Part shown: piece by piece, positions 48,022-59,799 of the stretch
How positions within the stretch are numbered: position 1 is the first letter of the stretch
Layout of the letters: the number at the start of each line of letters is the position of its first letter
Source of the DNA: Ascoidea asiatica JCM 7603
Taxonomy: Eukaryota > Fungi > Ascomycota
Direction of reading: 5' to 3'
DNA: 64,000 nucleotides
NCBI GenBank assembly: GCA_001600695.1
Contig: BCKQ01000001.1
Coordinates: 1,178,732 to 1,242,731, forward strand
Position numbers and translations under genes: made by a program
The notes under the pieces: generated by a model
Database searches by the model: none
The model's input: the letters and a program-made list of their open reading frames with translations, nothing else
What the model was told of the DNA's origin: nothing

Positions 48022-48964
48022 ATGTCTTCATTAAATTTAATAAACTTATCTGATCATTTACAATATTATTTCTCAAATAAAAATTCATTAAAAAATTATA
48101 ATATAAATTTACCAATAGATTTAATTTCAATTTCAATTTCAATTAATAAACAAAAAAAATTTAATAATTTAAAAGATAAAATTATTTTATTTTTAGAAAA
48201 AATAACTGAAAAAGTTATAAATTTTATAGAAATTTATTTAAATTTAAATAATAATTCATATCTTTTAAATTTATCAAATTTTAAAAATTGGTTTATTTCT
48301 TTTATAAATTTTACAAATACTTATAATTTATTTTATTTTAATTCAATTTCTTTAAATAATATTAATAATAATTCTAATTCAATTAATCATTCAAATAATA
48401 TAAGTAATAGTAATAGTAATAGTAATAGTAATAGTAATATAAATAATAATAATATAAATTTAAATGATTTAACTATTAATCAATTAAATGATAATATTTA
48501 TCAAATTAATAATTTTAATAATTTTAATCAACTTAATTATAATACTAATATTAATCAATTAAATGATTATACTCAATTCTCTTATAATCATTTAACTAAA
48601 TTAAATAATACAATCAATGATATTAATAATAATGATATTAATAATAATGATAAGAATTTTAATAAAAATTTGAATGAAAATTTTAATGAAAATTTTAATT
48701 CACTTTATAATTATGAAAATTATTTCATAATCTCTTCTGATTCTTTTTCTTCTCAATATTATAGTCCAATTTCTAAATTTTTTAATTATTATTTATTTCA
48801 ATTTCAAATTGATTTAAATTTAAATTTAAATTCATATTCAAATTCAAATTCTAATTCAAATTCAAATAATACTTTTATTTCAAAAAATTATAATTCAATT
48901 GATCTTAATTCAAATTTAATTAATTTTTTCACAAATATTTATATATATAAATCAATTTTAAAAT

Positions 48965-48996
<32 letters not shown>

Positions 48997-50370
48997 AATA
49001 ATGATAATAATTTAATTAAAAATTTTAATTTTAAAAATAATGTTTTAATTAACTTTAATAATTTACAAATAAATTTATTAAATTTATTAAATTTAAATGA
49101 TTTAAATTTAATTTTAAAAAATTTAAATTTTAATCAAATTATCTCTCAAAATTATTTAATTTCAATTCAAACTTTTGAAATAATTTTTAATTTATGGTTT
49201 AATAAAATTGGTCTTAATTCTTTATCTAATGATAATGATCTCAATATTGATATTGATTTTAATATTAATAATATTGATAACAATATTAATAAAAAAAAGA
49301 AGAGGAATAGAAGAAATAGAAATAGATTTAAGAAAAATAAAATGAAATTTAATAAAGAAAAAAATAAAGAAAAAGAAATTGAAAATAAAGAGATTAAATT
49401 TGAAAATGAAAAAAAAGATGGATTGAATAATGAATTAATTGAAAAAGTAATTGAAAATGAATTAAATAATGAATTAAATAATGAATTAAATAATGAACTT
49501 GATAATTCACTTAATAATTCTCTTGATAATGAACTTGATGATGTTAATAGTTATGAAAATATAGATGATTTACTTTTAAAAATGAATATAAATAAAATAA
49601 ATTCAGAAAATATTAATATAAATTCAATTAATAATAATCCAAATATTGGTATAAATCGATTATATAATGATTTTTTACAAAATAATTTTGATCCAATGAT
49701 TAATTCCCTGATTAATTCAATTACAAATTCATATGATAATATAAATTATGATTCAAATTTAAGAAGAAATTTACTTGAATTAGATATTTTAGGTTCCTCT
49801 AATTATACTACTACAACCACAAATAATATTTATAAAAGTAGTAAATATAGAAAAGAAAAGGAGAGGAAAAAAGATAAAGAAAAGAATAATTTTAAATTAA
49901 ATTTAGAAAATAATTTTAATTTTGAAAAATTTTATGATAATTTTAAAGGTAAAATTTTTCTTGATTGTTTTTATAAAATTTTTAATAATAATAATGAACT
50001 TTTAGCAGAATGTGATATATTACGTATAAGAAATTTATATTCAATATTTTATTCAAAAAATTTATTATTTTCATCAAAAAATTCAATTTATTCATCACAA
50101 AAATTATTTTCAAAAAATATTAAATATTCATTATTAAAAAAAATTCATATAAATAATTATATTAATGATCCAATAAATACATTAAATGAAGATTTAAATA
50201 AAGATTTAAATGAAGATTTAAATGAAGATTTAAATGAAGAATTTAATAAAAATATTTCTAATTATATAAATGAAGATATAATTGATTTATTAATATTAAA
50301 ATTAAAATTTCCAATTGAAGTTCCAATTCAAATTCCATTTGATTCAATTGATTTATCTAATTATTCATAA
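48022..50370 (+). CDS. Orphan Asn-rich protein with basic NLS-like patch
   Basis: Long open frame in DNA where stops are otherwise very frequent; first ATG at 48022; KKKKRNRRNRNRFKK; no recognised domain. Confidence 0.65.
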
Positions 50371-50724
50371 TTTTTTAACATTTTAATAGAAGTATTATTA
50401 TATAATAAACATTATATTTGAACTTGTAGTCAAACTGGAAATTTCTATTATTTTCTCTGTCTGTTCAATAACTTAACCCAATAAGGGTCATTAATCAAAT
50501 TCAGTAATGTTTTTGTCAGTTACTCATTCAATTACTTCATTGGATTTGCTTATTGAAAGGGATTGCAATTTGTGATTGTTCTTCAATCTCCAGGAGTTGA
50601 TTCTAAAAGTGCTTCAAGTGCTTTAAGTGCTTTAAGTGCTTCAAGTGCTTCAAGTGCTCAGAAATAAATAAATCATTTCAAATCCACAGAAAGAAATGGA
50701 AATGAATTCAAAAACGAAAACGAA

Positions 50725-50848
50725 ACGCGTCTGAAGAAGAAAAAAAAGAAAAAAAAGAAAAAAAAGAATTTTCGTGTTTTTTCGTGTTTTCGTGTTAGAG
50801 CCCTGGCGACAACTTTTCAGGGCTCTGCCTGCGTTGTTTTCTTACGCG
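50725..50848. promoter_or_regulatory. MCB/SCB cluster upstream of the kinase-like gene
   Basis: ACGCGT 50725-50730; TTTCGTG at 50770, 50780, 50788; ACGCG at 50844. Confidence 0.5.
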
Positions 50849-51220
50849 GTTGAATTGAAATGAAAATACTCGACTTTTTGTTGATGAATGTGAAATAAAG
50901 AAATAAACAAGCAAATAAACAAGTAAATAAAGAAATAAACAAGTAATCAGTCGATGAATTCATCTCAATTCACTTCAATTCATCTCAATTCATTTCAATT
51001 CATCTCAATTCCTAGTTCTCATTCAAAGCAAATACAGTGTTGAAGAGATTAGTACAAAGGAAGTAGTTCCAATGATACCAAAAGGGAAACTATAATTCAA
51101 TGACCTTTCACTCTTTAAAATCTATAATTTTGGTTTATTCCTGATAAGTTTTTTGATAAACTATTAATACATTATCAATTCAATTGTAATATATCAATAA
51201 GAAAAAGAATATAATTCATA

Positions 51221-53266
51221 ATGGATATGCAAGTGTATGGGGATATGAATATGAATATGAATATGAATATGAATATGAATATGAATATGAATATGGATAT
51301 TCAAAATGACAATAATAATAAACAAATTAATAATCAAATTGATCAAATTAATCAAAATGAGGATAATAATAAAGATAATAATGAACATTCAAATATATCA
51401 AATTTAGAAAAACATAAATTTTTATTCATCTTAACTGGAATTCAATCAATTAATAAATTATTAATAAAAAATTGTGAATGTTTTAATTTTATAAGTTTAA
51501 AATTAATAAAATTTTTTAAAGAATTTTTATTATTTAAAAATTTTAAAATTTTTTTTTTACAAAATTCTTATTTTATTTCAAATTTTGAATATATTTATTA
51601 TTTTTTATCTTTACCAAATTATTCAAATCTTTTATTTAATTCAATTATTTATAATTTTAATGATTCTCCATATGATCAACCAAGACAAATTTGGAATCCA
51701 ATTAATAACCTTTTATTATCTAAAAAATTTAAAATTTCTTCAATCTCAAATAATTCTAATAATTCTAGTGATATAAGCAATGATATAAGCAATGATAATG
51801 ATAATGATAATGAAGAATCTTTAAATATAAAAAATGATAATAAAAATAAATTAAAATCTAGAAAACTTTTAAATATTCAAAAAATGAATCTTTTAAATGA
51901 ATTTCATGATATTTTACCTTCTTTAAATTCAATCAAAATTCAAAATTCTCATATTATTAATATTATTAATCATTTTCTTTTCTCAAATGATATTAATAAC
52001 TTAAATAACTTAAATAAATTAAATAAATTAAATAAATTATTTAAATCTTATATTATTAATAATTTAAATAATTTAAATAATTTTAATAAATTTAATCTAC
52101 AATTTATAAATAAAAATAATTTTAAAAATAATTTAAAAAATTTCTTAATAAATTTCTCATTTAAACCAATTTTAATCATTTTAAATAATATAAATATTAC
52201 TAATAATAATATAATTCAAAAAAAGAAAAAAAATGATATAGTTTTTTTAAAAAATTTTCAAAAACGTTCTTTAAATAATTTAAAAATTGATGGATGTTTT
52301 TTAATTAAAAGATCTTCAATATTATTAATTCAATTTAAATTTAATAATGAAATTTCTTTATTAAAATTTGCTTTTAATAATAATTTAAAAAATAATTTTA
52401 AAAATTTACAAATCATTAGTCATATTTTAAAAGAAGCAATTTATTTTTGTATTATTTTTAAATGTTCAAAAATTTTATTAATTGATCAAAATGAATCAAT
52501 TTTTTTAATTATGCCTTCAAATATTATAAATAATAATAATAAAAAAAATAAAATAAATACAATTACAAATAATAAATATACAAAATTATATTCTTTTAAA
52601 GAAATTTCTTTTACATATTTCATATTATCTGAATTAAATTTATCTTTAAATTTTGCTTTAATTTATATTTTATCATCATCAATATCTTCAATTCATAAAA
52701 AATCAAATAAATATTATTTAAAAGATAAATTAATTTTAAAAAATTTAATTTTTTTAGAAAAATATATAAAATTTTCAAATTCAAATGAACAAAAATTTGT
52801 TTTAAAAAAAAATGCATTAAATTTTGCAGCTTATTTATATTTTAATAAATTTAAAAATTCATTATTAGTTTTTAAAACTCCATTAAAAATTTTAAAAATT
52901 TTACAATTTAAACCTGGTAAAGGTCAATTAAGTGAAGTTTTTTTAATTTCAAATGAAAATTTAATTCAAAATAAAAATATAAATTTTGCAATAATTAAAA
53001 TTTTTGATCCAAATTATTTATGTGATTTTAAATTAAATTTATTAGAATTAAAAAATTATTCACCAATTAAAGAATCAAAACATTATTATAAATCTGCTTC
53101 TAAACAATTTTTTAAAGAAGTTGAAGTTTATGATAAATTAAAACATCTTCAAGGTGATATTATACCTTATAAATTATCACAAGGTTATATTGAAACAAAA
53201 GTTATAAAAAATAATATTGAATATGAAATTAGTGGATTATTTATTGTTATTGAATATTGTTTATCA

Positions 53267-53306
<40 letters not shown>

Positions 53307-53590
53307 TACAAAATAAAAAAGCTTTATCATTAGGTTTAAATAATCTTGAAATTTTACATTCATATAATATAGTTCATGGAGATATTAAAAGAAATAATTT
53401 TATTTTAATTTATGATGAATTTAATAATTTAGATCAATTTATTTTTATTGATTTTGGATTAGCAAAAATTGATGAAGAAGCAACAAATGAATTAAAATTA
53501 GAAGATATAAATAATTTAATTCATTCTTTTTTTCCAACAGCTCTAGATGTTAAAGAATTATGTTATTGTTTTGAAAATTTAAACAAATAA
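51221..53590 (+). CDS. Atypical protein-kinase-like protein (C-terminal, truncated C-lobe) with a putative central PD-(D/E)xK-fold domain
   Basis: GKGQLSEVF, AIIKIFD, EVEVYDKLKHLQGDIIP, FIVIEY, LHSYNIVHGDIKRNNF, FIDFGLA. Centrally KIDGCF-x-LLIQFK and EAIYFC...KILLIDQNESIFLI. Kinase fold is confident, nuclease fold tentative. Confidence 0.8.
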
Positions 53591-53851
53591 TTTATATATT
53601 CTTTAAGTTTTTATATAAAATTGCATTACTTTTTTTTTCCATTCCTCTTTTTTTAAAACTTTTAATAATCTTCAACTTGTATTCTACTTTCCTAATATTA
53701 AATCACTATTAATGTACGTCTAGTAAACTCATCTTCAATGATTATTTCAAAAAAGTTATGTAATAATGTAATAATGTAATAATGTAATAAATAATATAAT
53801 AATAAAAATAAAGGTTTATTTTATATTTAATTGAAATTAGTGAAAAAATCC

Positions 53852-53923
53852 TGCCTTTCAAGGGAATCGAACCTGGGTTTCTTTGGCCACAACAAAGTGT
53901 ACTAAAAACTATACGAGAACGGC
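53852..53923 (-). pseudogene. Degenerate tRNA-His(GTG)
   Basis: Reverse complement GCCGTTC TC GTAT AGTTTTTA GTAC A CTTTG TTGTGGC CAAAG AAAC CCAGG TTCGATT CCCTT GAAAGGC A. Anticodon arm is intact, but D-loop GG is TT, 3 of 5 T-stem pairs are broken and the acceptor stem has a G:A mismatch. Confidence 0.8.
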
Positions 53924-54197
53924 TAATTGATGAAATTCGCGAAAAAACATGAATTAAGAAACACTATACACTTTTTGATGTAAATATCATGTGACTGGTC
54001 ATGTGATCTGCTTTTTTTTTGAGGATTGAAATTTAATTTGTTGGTTGAAAGAGAAAATGAAGAAGTGAAATAAATAAAGATTGAAATGAAATGAATTGAA
54101 TTGAATGAATGGACTTTAATGGACTTTAAGGGAATTGATATTATGTTTGGAGTAGAATTATTGGAGTAGAATTATTGGATAAGAAATAGATATTAAA

Positions 54198-55079
54198 ATG
54201 TTTAAATATTCAATTAAGAAAGAAATGAATAATATCAAAAATGTTAATAAATTGTCAATATTAAATTTCTCACGTTCATATAAAATTTCAATTAAAAAAG
54301 ATTTAAATAAAAGTAATAGTAAATTGAATGGTTTATTAAATATAAAAACAAAAACGAATAGTAATTATAATAATAATAATAATAATAATGGAGAATTAGA
54401 AAATATTAAGAAAAGAATAACTTTAAAACCATTAGAATCTAGGAAAACATTTTTAATTGATTTTTATAAAGAAATTTTTAATAATGATATAATTTTATTT
54501 TTACATCATAATAATTTAACAAAATTTGAGAATAATAATTTTAGACATGAAATTTTAAAAATTACTTCAAATGAAGGTAATTTACATATTATTAGAAATA
54601 ATTTATTTAAAGTTTTTTTAAAAAATCAAAATTTAAAAGATCCAGCTGGTTTAAGAAATGAAAAAAATACAATTAAAAAATCTATTGAAAAAGACAATAA
54701 TAATAATAATAATTTAAATTATAAGAAATTAAAGAAAATTATTAATGGACCAACATGTATAATAACATTTAAAGAGAATAAACCTGAATTAATTAAGAAA
54801 TTAATTAATAAATTTTTAATTAATACAAATGAAAAATTAATTTTAATTGGAGGTAAAATTGAAGATAAAATTTATAATTTAAAAGATTTAAATAAATTTA
54901 AATTATTAAATAATAAAATTCAATTACAAAATGAATTAATTGGATTATTAAGTATTTTAAGTGGAATTGGATTAATTAAAACTTTACAATCAACATCAGA
55001 AAATTTATATTTAAATTTAAAAAGTCATGAAGATAATATTAATTCAAAAAAAGATGTTGATGTTAATGAGATTAAATAA
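54198..55079 (+). CDS. MRPL11: Mitochondrial ribosomal protein uL10m
   Basis: Basic presequence; KPLESRKTFLIDFYK, LFLHHNNL, IIRNNLFKVFL, NGPTCII, LIGGKIE, LSILSGIGLIKTLQS...LYLNLKSH. Confidence 0.9.
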   Translation: MFKYSIKKEMNNIKNVNKLSILNFSRSYKISIKKDLNKSNSKLNGLLNIKTKTNSNYNNNNNNNGELENIKKRITLKPLESRKTFLIDFYKEIFNNDIILFLHHNNLTKFENNNFRHEILKITSNEGNLHIIRNNLFKVFLKNQNLKDPAGLRNEKNTIKKSIEKDNNNNNNLNYKKLKKIINGPTCIITFKENKPELIKKLINKFLINTNEKLILIGGKIEDKIYNLKDLNKFKLLNNKIQLQNELIGLLSILSGIGLIKTLQSTSENLYLNLKSHEDNINSKKDVDVNEIK

Positions 55080-55149
55080 ATATATAAAATAAGTAATTGA
55101 ATATGTATGTAAATAGACTATTATAATAAACTAAAATTATATTTTATCT

Positions 55150-55189
<40 letters not shown>

Positions 55190-55228
55190 ATATAATATTG
55201 TAGTATATAGTAGTATAATTGAGAACGT

Positions 55229-56041
<813 letters not shown>

Positions 56042-56564
56042 TTATTATTTACAAAGTAATTTGATTAAAAGAAATATATATTATATATTATATATTATAT
56101 ATTATATTATATTGACATTAATATATTCAATTGAATTGAGTTGATTGAAATGAAATGAAATGAAATGAAATGAAATAAGATTTGTTCTGGGATTGTTTGG
56201 AAAATGATTTGTAGAAACGAGCGAAGAAAAAGGAACAGAGGAAAAACAGAGAAAAAACAGAGGAAAATGAAGACAGGACCAGAGGAAGGGGACCAGAGGA
56301 GGGAGGGTACCACTACCACTGGAGCGGGAGAGAGACCCCGGGTGGTCAGGTGACGGCACGTGAGGAGTGTGGTGAGGCAGAGGGTGCAGCGAAGTGCAGA
56401 CACTAGGTGAGACCAGAATAGTGGCACTCCTTTGATCTCAAAAATACCAGTCCGATGGGTCGCTGTGCAAGTATGTTTGATATACCTGGCAGTACTCACC
56501 GGTACATTGCATCCATGTGCCTGGTTCCAGATACGTAGTTCAATTTCCACTGGAAACAATCCAC

Positions 56565-56621
<57 letters not shown>
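56565..56621. repeat. (AGT)19 microsatellite
   Basis: Perfect trinucleotide run bordering the GC-rich ADK1/MSC2 promoter island. Confidence 0.95.
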
Positions 56622-56622
<1 letters not shown>

Positions 56623-56987
56623 TATTAATATATTACTCGCTTTTAACTCCAATAACCACTTTTATCTATTTTATCAATTTTATCAATTTTATCAATTTAC
56701 TCGAATCATCTGAAATATTTATTCAATGTTCCAATAAGAATAATAAGAATAGTAAGATAAATAAATAACTATATTCATTGTCTATTATTCAATTCAGTTA
56801 TTCAATCATAATCATCTAATATTATAATCATTTACAAGTTACTCAATTCAATTCAATTCAATTCAATTCAATTCAATTAATTCAATTCAATTCACTTTTA
56901 ATTCAATTTATAATCAATTTATAATCTTCTTTTTGCATTCGTATTTCTATCTTATTTAATTCAATCAAATCTTCATATATTCTAAAA

Positions 56988-57680
56988 ATGTCTGATTCTG
57001 ATCATTCTCATTCTCATAATCATAATCATACTCATGATCATGAACATGAACATTCTAATGACCATTCTCATTCTCATAATGATTCTAATATTCATGATGA
57101 ACATAATGAACAAAATGAACATAATCAATTCAATTCAATCTCAATTCCAGTTCCTGATAATTTAAATAATTATAATATTAATATTACTCCAATTAATCAT
57201 AATCATATTCATAATCACTCTCATAATAACTCTTATAATACATTCTCAAATACAAATTTCATAAATCCTACAAATATTTATAATCTAAATAATTCAAATG
57301 ATATAGATCTTAATAATACTAATAATTCAAATAATTTAAATAATTTAAATAATTTAAATAATTTTTCAAATCATTTAATAAATTTCTTTAATTATTTTTT
57401 ACCATTTATAAAAAATAATTATTTTTTTAAAAATTATATACAATTTAATTTTTTTTTTTTAAAAAATTTATTATATAATTTATTCTCAAATAATGAAACA
57501 AAATCAATAACTCAATTTTTAATTTTAAATTTTCTTTTTATGATAATTCAAATGATTTATTCATTTAAATCAAAATCTTTAGGTTTATTCTCTGATTCTT
57601 TACATATGTTATTAGATTGTTCTTCATTATCTATTGGTTTATTTGCAAAATTTGTTTCAAAAGAAAATAAAAGTATTTTT

Positions 57681-57726
<46 letters not shown>

Positions 57727-59036
57727 TATCTAATAAGTTATCTAATAAAAATTCATTAAAATCAACTTCAACAGATTTAAATAATTTAAATTCAAAAAAT
57801 GATATTTTATCTCAAATTTTAATATCAAAATATCCTTTTGGTTTATCAAGAATTGAAAATTTAGCTGCTTTCATTAATGGAATTTTATTATTATCAATTG
57901 TTCAAGATATTTTTTTTCAATCAATTGATAGAATCTTTAATCCAGTTTCTTTAATTAATATTAATCAATTATTAATTGTTTCAACTTTAGGTTTATTAGT
58001 TAATTTAATTGGAATTTTTGCTTTTAATCATGGTCATGATGGTCATTCTCATTCTCATTCACATTCTCATTCTCATTCTACTTCAAATGAACAAAATAAT
58101 AATAATAGTAATAATGACGATAATATGCATGGAATTTTTTTACATATTTTAGCAGATACTTTAGGTTCTGTTGGAGTTATTTTAAGTACATTATTATTAA
58201 AATTTTTTCCATATTTAAAATTCTTAGATCCAGTTTCTTCATTATTTATTATTGGTTTAATTTTTTTATCTTCTTTACCATTATTAAAAAATTCATGTTT
58301 TAATTTATTATTAGTCTTAGATGATAATGAAAAAATTAAAATTAATAATAATAATGGTTTTAATGAAAATAATTATCTTAATGCAGAAACTTTAATAAGA
58401 GAATTATTAAATGATTTATATGAATTACCTGGAGTTTCTAATTATTCTGTTGTTAGAATTTGGAAAGATACTGAATGTGAAGGTACTCATGATAATAATA
58501 ATTGTGATAGTGATGATGAAGATTGTACTATTGATTGTGATTCTGATAATGAAAATGATAATGAAAATGATCATAACCATAATCATTCTCACTTAAATGA
58601 AGAAAACTCTCATAAAGAATATTCTAACGAAGAACATTCTCATTCTCATAATTCAAATATAAAAGATACTCATACTAATAGTAATATACATAATCATAAT
58701 CATAATCATATACATAATCATATACATAATCATATACATAATCATGAAGAAGATCATGAACATACAAATGATGCAAATAGTAGTAATTTAATTGGATATA
58801 TTCATATTCAATATTTAGATGGAGAAAATTCAACAATTATTAAAAAAAGATGTGAGAAATTAATTTTTGAGAAATATAGATTGAAATTATTTATTCAATT
58901 AGAAACAGAATCAAGTAATTGTTGGTGTAGAAATGGAACAATAAATCATCATCTGAATAGTAGTAGTAATAATAATAATAATAATAACAGTAATAGTTTT
59001 TTAAGAAAAAAGGAAAATTCTTCAATGTTTTTATAA
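56988..59036 (+). CDS. MSC2: CDF-family zinc transporter (Msc2/ZnT5-7 clade)
   Basis: FLILNFLFMIIQMIYSFKSKSLGLFSDSLHMLLDC, YPFGLSRIENLAAF, His loop, NMHGIFLHILADTLGSVGVI, GYIHIQY.DGENSTIIKKR, CWC. Confidence 0.9.
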
Positions 59037-59100
59037 TAATTGTATTTAGTTATCACTTATATATTATATACTTAAATTAATAAATTAATTAATTAATTGA

Positions 59101-59799
59101 TTATAAATTTTCTTTTTTATTCTCTTTTTGATCATTTTCTTTTGGTTCATTTTTATATTTTTCAATTAAATTATTAAATCTTAAAAGTACTGGAAATCCT
59201 TCAATAATTTGAAAAAAAGTCCATTCACTTTTAAAATCAAATGGAACTCTATAAAATTTTAATTTTGGTAATAAAATGAAATAAAATTCTAAAAAATGAA
59301 GAATAAATAATGTGAAAAAAATTATATTACTTTTTTCTTTAAGATAATTTATAATTAATAATGAATTTTTAAAATTATTTAATTTTAAGAATTTTATTAA
59401 TATAATTTCAAAAATTAAATTTGGATTAAATTTCATAAGAATTATAATTATAGTTAAGAAAATTGAAAAAAATTCAATAAATTTACTTGGATATATAACA
59501 TCTTGAATTTGAAAATGAGAAAAATTTCTTTTATTTGAAGAAAATTTTGCCATTTCTATTAATCTTTCTCTTGATTCTTTAATATCTTTTAATGGTGGAT
59601 TAAATTGAATTAATTTTTTCATTTCATGTTCTGGTAAAGGTTGAAGATTAAATGAAATTGTGAAATAATCTAAATAAATTTCAGTCATTCTTATATTACT
59701 TAAATTTTTATCAATTGGAATACCTCCATAAACATTAAGATAATCCTCTAAAGCTAATTTATGATCTCTATTCATATGAGATAATATTCTTCTTTCCAT
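59101..59799 (-). CDS. DUF2470-domain membrane protein
   Basis: RILSHMNRDH...RERLIEMA N-terminal motif followed by hydrophobic helices and LHFLE...YRVP...W....IEGF. Confidence 0.75.
   Translation of the reverse strand: MERRILSHMNRDHKLALEDYLNVYGGIPIDKNLSNIRMTEIYLDYFTISFNLQPLPEHEMKKLIQFNPPLKDIKESRERLIEMAKFSSNKRNFSHFQIQDVIYPSKFIEFFSIFLTIIIILMKFNPNLIFEIILIKFLKLNNFKNSLLIINYLKEKSNIIFFTLFILHFLEFYFILLPKLKFYRVPFDFKSEWTFFQIIEGFPVLLRFNNLIEKYKNEPKENDQKENKKENL

Noticed and set aside
51221-53590. Calling the kinase-like ORF BUD32 or RIO1/2
   Set aside because: It shares only the truncated kinase fold and lacks Bud32 (QGAEA, HGDLTTSN, EDKAVDLYVLE) and Rio (GKES, DLSEYN) signatures.
47500-54000. Transposon or LTR boundaries around the accessory block
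   Set aside because: No TG...CA direct repeats, terminal inverted repeats, target-site duplication, or transposase/RT motifs found by eye.
56102-56768. Overlapping ORFs of 83-181 aa in the ADK1/MSC2 intergenic region
   Set aside because: Artefacts of the (AGT)19 run and the GC-rich island; no protein-like features.
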